Below are positions 59,908 through 64,000 of a DNA stretch of 64,000 bases, in pieces. Below the pieces are notes generated by a model, which was not told the DNA's origin, ran no database searches, and worked only from the letters and a program-made list of their open reading frames with translations. The DNA is from a phage. Where the stretch lies: the sequence record PX645697.1; one strand, given 5' to 3'. A program made the translations under genes and the position numbers. Each line of letters starts with the position of its first letter. Positions within the stretch are counted from its first letter, which is position 1.

Positions 59908-60714
59908 TTATGCTACCTGAAGGAGTTTGATCTGCTGGTCAGCTTCTTTAACGTTGTTCCCGTTAATGATTTCATGAAGCTTCTCAATCGGAAGGCGAGA
60001 GTGCAATGCCATCAGAGTGGACATATCACACTGCTGAACAACCTTGTCAACCTGATCGTAAACAAACTTACGGTTTTCACGATCGCTAATCCAGAAGTTA
60101 GACAGTGAACGGTATTCGATACCGTAGTCTTTATAGCGGATTGCAGATGCTTTGCCATAGAGTTCTTTACGGCGAGTATCTTTGTCCATAATCACTGCTG
60201 GGAGAGACAGGAAGTAGTCACACAGCACACCAAGCATCATCTGAGTTTGCAGAGTGATATCCAAAGCACCAACCACGCCAAGATGTACGTGACCACCGGC
60301 AGTACGAAGTCCCTTATTCTGAGAAGTCGGGGATGGATTCTTCTGACCAGTGAAAGCGTTGAAATCAGGAGTACACCCGAAGATGAACGCTGATTCATTG
60401 AAAGTCTTCATCTCTTCTTCAGTGAAGATGTGAGAGCTAACACCCGGAGCTGCTTCCATGTCCAGTTTGTTCAGGACATTGTTGGTGAGATCGATACCAC
60501 GTTGCATGTTATCGTTAAACGCTTCAAAACCGCTCTGTGGGTCGATATCAAACTCAGCCAGTACGTTGTCCTCTTGAAGACGTACATCCTTTGCCAGAGC
60601 GATCTTATCGTCCTTAGAACAGCCTAACAGACCAGCTACAGAGGTGATAATACCATTGCTGGTACGAACAAACATTTCAGGGTCAGAGCCGATAAGGAAT
60701 TTGCGCTTAGTCAT
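59908..60714 (-). CDS. COOH-NH2 ligase type-2-like protein
   Basis: 268 aa; N-terminal FLIGSDPEMFV and GGHVHLG motif. Confidence 0.45.
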   Translation of the reverse strand: MTKRKFLIGSDPEMFVRTSNGIITSVAGLLGCSKDDKIALAKDVRLQEDNVLAEFDIDPQSGFEAFNDNMQRGIDLTNNVLNKLDMEAAPGVSSHIFTEEEMKTFNESAFIFGCTPDFNAFTGQKNPSPTSQNKGLRTAGGHVHLGVVGALDITLQTQMMLGVLCDYFLSLPAVIMDKDTRRKELYGKASAIRYKDYGIEYRSLSNFWISDRENRKFVYDQVDKVVQQCDMSTLMALHSRLPIEKLHEIINGNNVKEADQQIKLLQVA

Positions 60715-61678
60715 TGTAATACTCCACTAGTTCAGAAAAGAGAGATGAGATTGTGTTACCAACTTCTTCAGTAGTAAGGCCAGAGCTTGGGCCAGTACGT
60801 TGAATCAGTCGGGCTGTAAAGTTTTGGACTGTAATGTTTTCCAACTTATTGTCTATTGCTTCACGTTTGTGACCATGACAGTTGGACCAGAGTCTTAACC
60901 ACTCTGACATTGTTTCATACTCGTCCGGGTCTTGATCTTTAGCATGAGCAAATCTTCGTAAGGCATCTTGGTTATGGTTACGAACATAACCATCCTTGTT
61001 GTCGCCAACACCGAAGGGGTTTTGAACCCATACTTGCTTCGTGTATTCATCAGAGTCTACAACCAAAGGAAGGAATGCTGCTGCTGACATATCGTTATTA
61101 ACAACAATAGAGGTGCTTTCGCTACTCCCATTAGCTCTTCCTCGTTGAGACCATCCACCGAAGAAGTCACGACCCAACCCAGCTAACACTAGAGCGATAC
61201 CGATGCGTTTACGCTTCAGCCACTCTTCCCTGTCTTCAATTCCTTCTGCTAGGAAATCCATTCCACGATATTGCCCTTCCAGAATACTACGAAAGAGCAT
61301 AAGTCCTGTGAAGATCTGATCTGCTGGATGCTCACGAAGGTTGACAGCAACACTATTCGCTGAAGTGATCGTAAATACGTCACGATAGCAAGACATGGAG
61401 TTCATAATATCTGCTGTTTCAACCAAATTCTTTTCAATATCAGATGTAACATGACCATGAAAAGAGTGAGTCCAGTAATTCAACATCTCCAGTTGCAAGT
61501 TGATATCACGGTTGAAGCGACGATAGCGCCCTTCTTCCGTGATAACTTCACCATTAATGTCATTTACACACTGGCCTTGCATGTAGTTGTGGATACCGAA
61601 GCACCCACGACCTAAGAACTTCTGTTCCCCTAAATCCTGTTGAAGATTAAGAGGTACGATCGTTGTGGAGATTGACAT
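60707..61678 (-). CDS. hypothetical protein (modification cluster member)
   Basis: 323-aa ORF. Confidence 0.5.
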   Translation of the reverse strand: MSISTTIVPLNLQQDLGEQKFLGRGCFGIHNYMQGQCVNDINGEVITEEGRYRRFNRDINLQLEMLNYWTHSFHGHVTSDIEKNLVETADIMNSMSCYRDVFTITSANSVAVNLREHPADQIFTGLMLFRSILEGQYRGMDFLAEGIEDREEWLKRKRIGIALVLAGLGRDFFGGWSQRGRANGSSESTSIVVNNDMSAAAFLPLVVDSDEYTKQVWVQNPFGVGDNKDGYVRNHNQDALRRFAHAKDQDPDEYETMSEWLRLWSNCHGHKREAIDNKLENITVQNFTARLIQRTGPSSGLTTEEVGNTISSLFSELVEYYND

Positions 61679-61688
61679 AACTAACCTT

Positions 61689-62885
61689 TTATTTTCCTAA
61701 AAATAATCCGCTCATAATACCATCCCACTCAGAGGATGGAATCACTGAATACACTGAACTTTGGTCCAGAGTTCCACTACTAAATCGTTGAACGATGTTA
61801 TAGATGTTGAACAGATCTTTAGTCTCAGCACGAATGCCGTAGATTAGACTATTAGCTGTTCTTTCATCTTTAGACACTCGACGGGTAAAGTTAATCAGAA
61901 GGTTGTCACATTTCAGGATTTCTGATTCACTCTCTACTAAGTCGGGGTGCATCACCGGCAAGAACATCGAGTTATTAACTCGTAATTCTGCTGTTTCATC
62001 ATTCTCATAATGAATCCACTTAAAATCTTCATCACGGAAATGACCACACCCATCTCTATATGACTGTTGACGCCAAGGCACTTGAAATGCTTCAGCATAC
62101 TTATTAGCCATGCCAACTGTAAACAGCGACGCTGGGAAGATACAAGCATCCCAATCATTACCAACCAGAGTTGCTTTCGTTTCACCTAAGAGGTTAGTGT
62201 AAGTGCTAACCATTCGTGAGTAAACGTAAGCCTGAAGAATTGTCCATCCTTCAACCAACCATTTATGGAGGAAGGTTTCAACTTGACTCTCTTCATCTTC
62301 ACAATAGAAGGTTCGATCTAACATCAAATAGAATAGACAACGATCAGCAGGAACATTTTCAGTTGCTACCCCCATAAAACCTTTATCGTGCCAGCGTAAA
62401 CAGGAGGGACGATCTTTGTCCACAAATGCTTCCATAGCTTCCAGTACAGCACGAGGTGTGGTTCGATGTTCAGGGTTTTTGTCGTTCCAACGTTCGATGT
62501 TATTCTTGGGAGGTGTGTCTTCATCTTCATACGAACACCAACTTAAAGCTTCAGCTACATGCTTTTCATCACGCCAACGTCTAAAACCTAACATCTTCAT
62601 ATGAGTTCCGGAGTTCCAGATATGCTTGATTTTACACATATCCATCTCTCGGCTTAACAGGAACTCTTCCCCATCAGCACTACGAACGTTAGCTTCTTCA
62701 TGCCACACTCGAACGTGCATATTCCATCCATGAGTTGCCTCATACATGTTAGGGTCGAAGTATTCATCTTCGTAATCATCTTCATCAACGCCACCATTAT
62801 AGTTGCGAAGCTGAAGGAACCCATAACAAGGAGGGTGGACCGTTAAAACATTACCTTCAGTATCTTCTAATGTTACTGGAAACAT
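61689..62885 (-). CDS. hypothetical protein (modification cluster member)
   Basis: 398-aa ORF. Confidence 0.5.
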   Translation of the reverse strand: MFPVTLEDTEGNVLTVHPPCYGFLQLRNYNGGVDEDDYEDEYFDPNMYEATHGWNMHVRVWHEEANVRSADGEEFLLSREMDMCKIKHIWNSGTHMKMLGFRRWRDEKHVAEALSWCSYEDEDTPPKNNIERWNDKNPEHRTTPRAVLEAMEAFVDKDRPSCLRWHDKGFMGVATENVPADRCLFYLMLDRTFYCEDEESQVETFLHKWLVEGWTILQAYVYSRMVSTYTNLLGETKATLVGNDWDACIFPASLFTVGMANKYAEAFQVPWRQQSYRDGCGHFRDEDFKWIHYENDETAELRVNNSMFLPVMHPDLVESESEILKCDNLLINFTRRVSKDERTANSLIYGIRAETKDLFNIYNIVQRFSSGTLDQSSVYSVIPSSEWDGIMSGLFLGK

Positions 62886-62896
62886 TATACCAACCT

Positions 62897-63259
62897 CTAT
62901 TGGTTTTTAATCAACTCAATTGACTTACGGATATAAAGAATATCTCGGAAGTTTCTGTAGTTGTTCATAAATTGGTGCTTCTGGAAAGTAGCTTCTTCCA
63001 GAGCTTTCTTTGCTTCTGCGTAGTTTTTACGGGCAAGATGTACAACCCGCTCTGGTAACGTATTTGCATGACGGATGACATACTTGTGAGCTTTCATGTT
63101 GCTTTGCTCACGAGCAATCTTACCTTTAGCAACTTTGATACCATTTGCAATCCAAGCAAGTTCTTGCTCAAGATCATCGTTGGACATTCCACCGAGATTT
63201 GATGCAACCTTGTTCAGAGTTTCAATATTAACGTTGCCCTTAATGGGACGTGTATTCAT
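62897..63259 (-). CDS. hypothetical protein
   Basis: 120-aa ORF. Confidence 0.5.
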   Translation of the reverse strand: MNTRPIKGNVNIETLNKVASNLGGMSNDDLEQELAWIANGIKVAKGKIAREQSNMKAHKYVIRHANTLPERVVHLARKNYAEAKKALEEATFQKHQFMNNYRNFRDILYIRKSIELIKNQ

Positions 63260-63261
63260 AC

Positions 63262-63414
63262 TTACTCCTGTTGTTTACACTCGTCAATAACCCACTGATA
63301 AGTGGATTGCCCAGAAAAGAAACACTGAATAAATCCAGATGTTCTCTGCGTTACCAGTGCTAGTGCACAAATCACTACCGCTGCTGCTAGCAGTTTTAAA
63401 TCTAATTTAGACAT
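63262..63414 (-). CDS. small membrane/secreted protein (50 aa)
   Basis: hand-translated MSKLDLKLLAAAVVICALALVTQ...; GAGG SD 6 nt upstream. Confidence 0.35.
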   Translation of the reverse strand: MSKLDLKLLAAAVVICALALVTQRTSGFIQCFFSGQSTYQWVIDECKQQE

Positions 63415-63648
63415 ATTTCCTCTCATTGAATTTAAAAAAGGACTCTCCTAAAAGAGCCAAGCTTTAAATCCAAAAAAAGATATTACCCAATATCTGTGGA
63501 TAACCTGCTCTTAAAATATCTATCCGACGGATGTTCGAGGATTATTCCTCTCCCTAGCATCGGCCCCATACGGGAAATATATTAAGATTAGGTTAGTTGA
63601 GCCAGAATAGCTCACATAGCCCTCTGATACTCACAAGGGCTATAGATG

Positions 63649-63900
63649 TTACTCTGTGGCTCCGTCGAAGCGGAGGATTGCTGTTGGAACAGGAATCACA
63701 ACCATATCAATCTCTAAACGGAAGAGATGACCCGTACTTAGCTGAACTGCTGTTACCGGTTTAGCGATACCACCAACAGATGCTGAGGGGATTCGAATAA
63801 AGAAATCCCCCGGATATTCCGTTGCACGAAATACATCTCCCGGTGACATATCCTTTACTTGGATAATTGATTCAGGAGGGGTTTTATTAGCAATTTGCAT
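63649..63900 (-). CDS. hypothetical protein
   Basis: 83-aa ORF; start abuts stop of upstream partial gene. Confidence 0.45.
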   Translation of the reverse strand: MQIANKTPPESIIQVKDMSPGDVFRATEYPGDFFIRIPSASVGGIAKPVTAVQLSTGHLFRLEIDMVVIPVPTAILRFDGATE

Positions 63901-64000
63901 TACAGACCTTTCTTAGCACGATCTTTGGCAGTTTTACCAGTGCGGATGCGATGGGAAACGTTAACCAGAGTGCCACCGTCAACCACGGTAACGCTCTTGT
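63901..64000 (-). CDS. 3' end of a gene truncated by the window edge
   Basis: open frame ending ...KSVTVVDGGTLVNVSHRIRTGKTAKDRAKKGL with stop at 63901-63903. Confidence 0.4.

Noticed and set aside
63614-63639. Perfect 7-bp hairpin TAGCCCT..AGGGCTA after the stop of gene 63649..63900, considered as a terminator
   Set aside because: No U-tract follows on the transcribed strand; at most a processing or stability element.
35704-63650. Host sigma70-type promoters (-35/-10 pairs) for early genes
   Set aside because: Several TATAAT-like hexamers exist in AT-rich gaps but none has a credible -35 at 16-18 bp spacing; not callable without transcript mapping.

Overview
The window is one dense segment of a lytic dsDNA phage genome with enterobacterial-style codon usage, and no host chromosomal genes, rRNA, tRNA or CRISPR were found. 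By gene content it resembles phiEco32-like podoviruses (phage ECF-type sigma factor, T7-like primase-helicase and family-A DNA polymerase, no phage RNA polymerase); this is inference from motifs, as no database search was run. Two convergent blocks meet at a bidirectional terminator near 30567-30605. The + strand (1-30560) carries virion genes: large terminase, portal, scaffold, major capsid protein with an Ig-like extension reachable by a -1 frameshift, tail fibers (one with an S74 chaperone domain), a tail protein with four Big_2 domains, GH24 lysozyme, SLT transglycosylase and large internal proteins. The - strand (about 63900 down to 30760) carries early and replication genes: primase-helicase, a family-A DNA polymerase split into separate exonuclease and polymerase genes 10 kb apart, SSB-like protein, FEN-like exonuclease, PhoH, thioredoxin, dCTP-deaminase-family and ThyX-like enzymes, an ECF-like sigma factor, a TARG1/DarG-like macro domain, a SLOG/DUF2493-like protein, a Dps-like protein, phosphoesterases, HNH endonucleases, a candidate spanin pair and many small ORFs. 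The most notable candidate system is a cluster at 53508-62885 of amide-bond-forming enzymes (ATP-grasp ligase, class-II glutamine amidotransferase apparently initiating at AUU, two glutamine-synthetase-like ligases, a gamma-glutamyl-cyclotransferase-like protein) plus unknowns, consistent with a nucleotide or DNA hypermodification pathway. A 9-mer TAATGTATA recurs about 35-60 nt upstream of several genes on both strands and is proposed as the promoter element for the phage sigma factor. All domain calls come from reading motifs in the translations; coordinates of hand-called small ORFs and starts are approximate.
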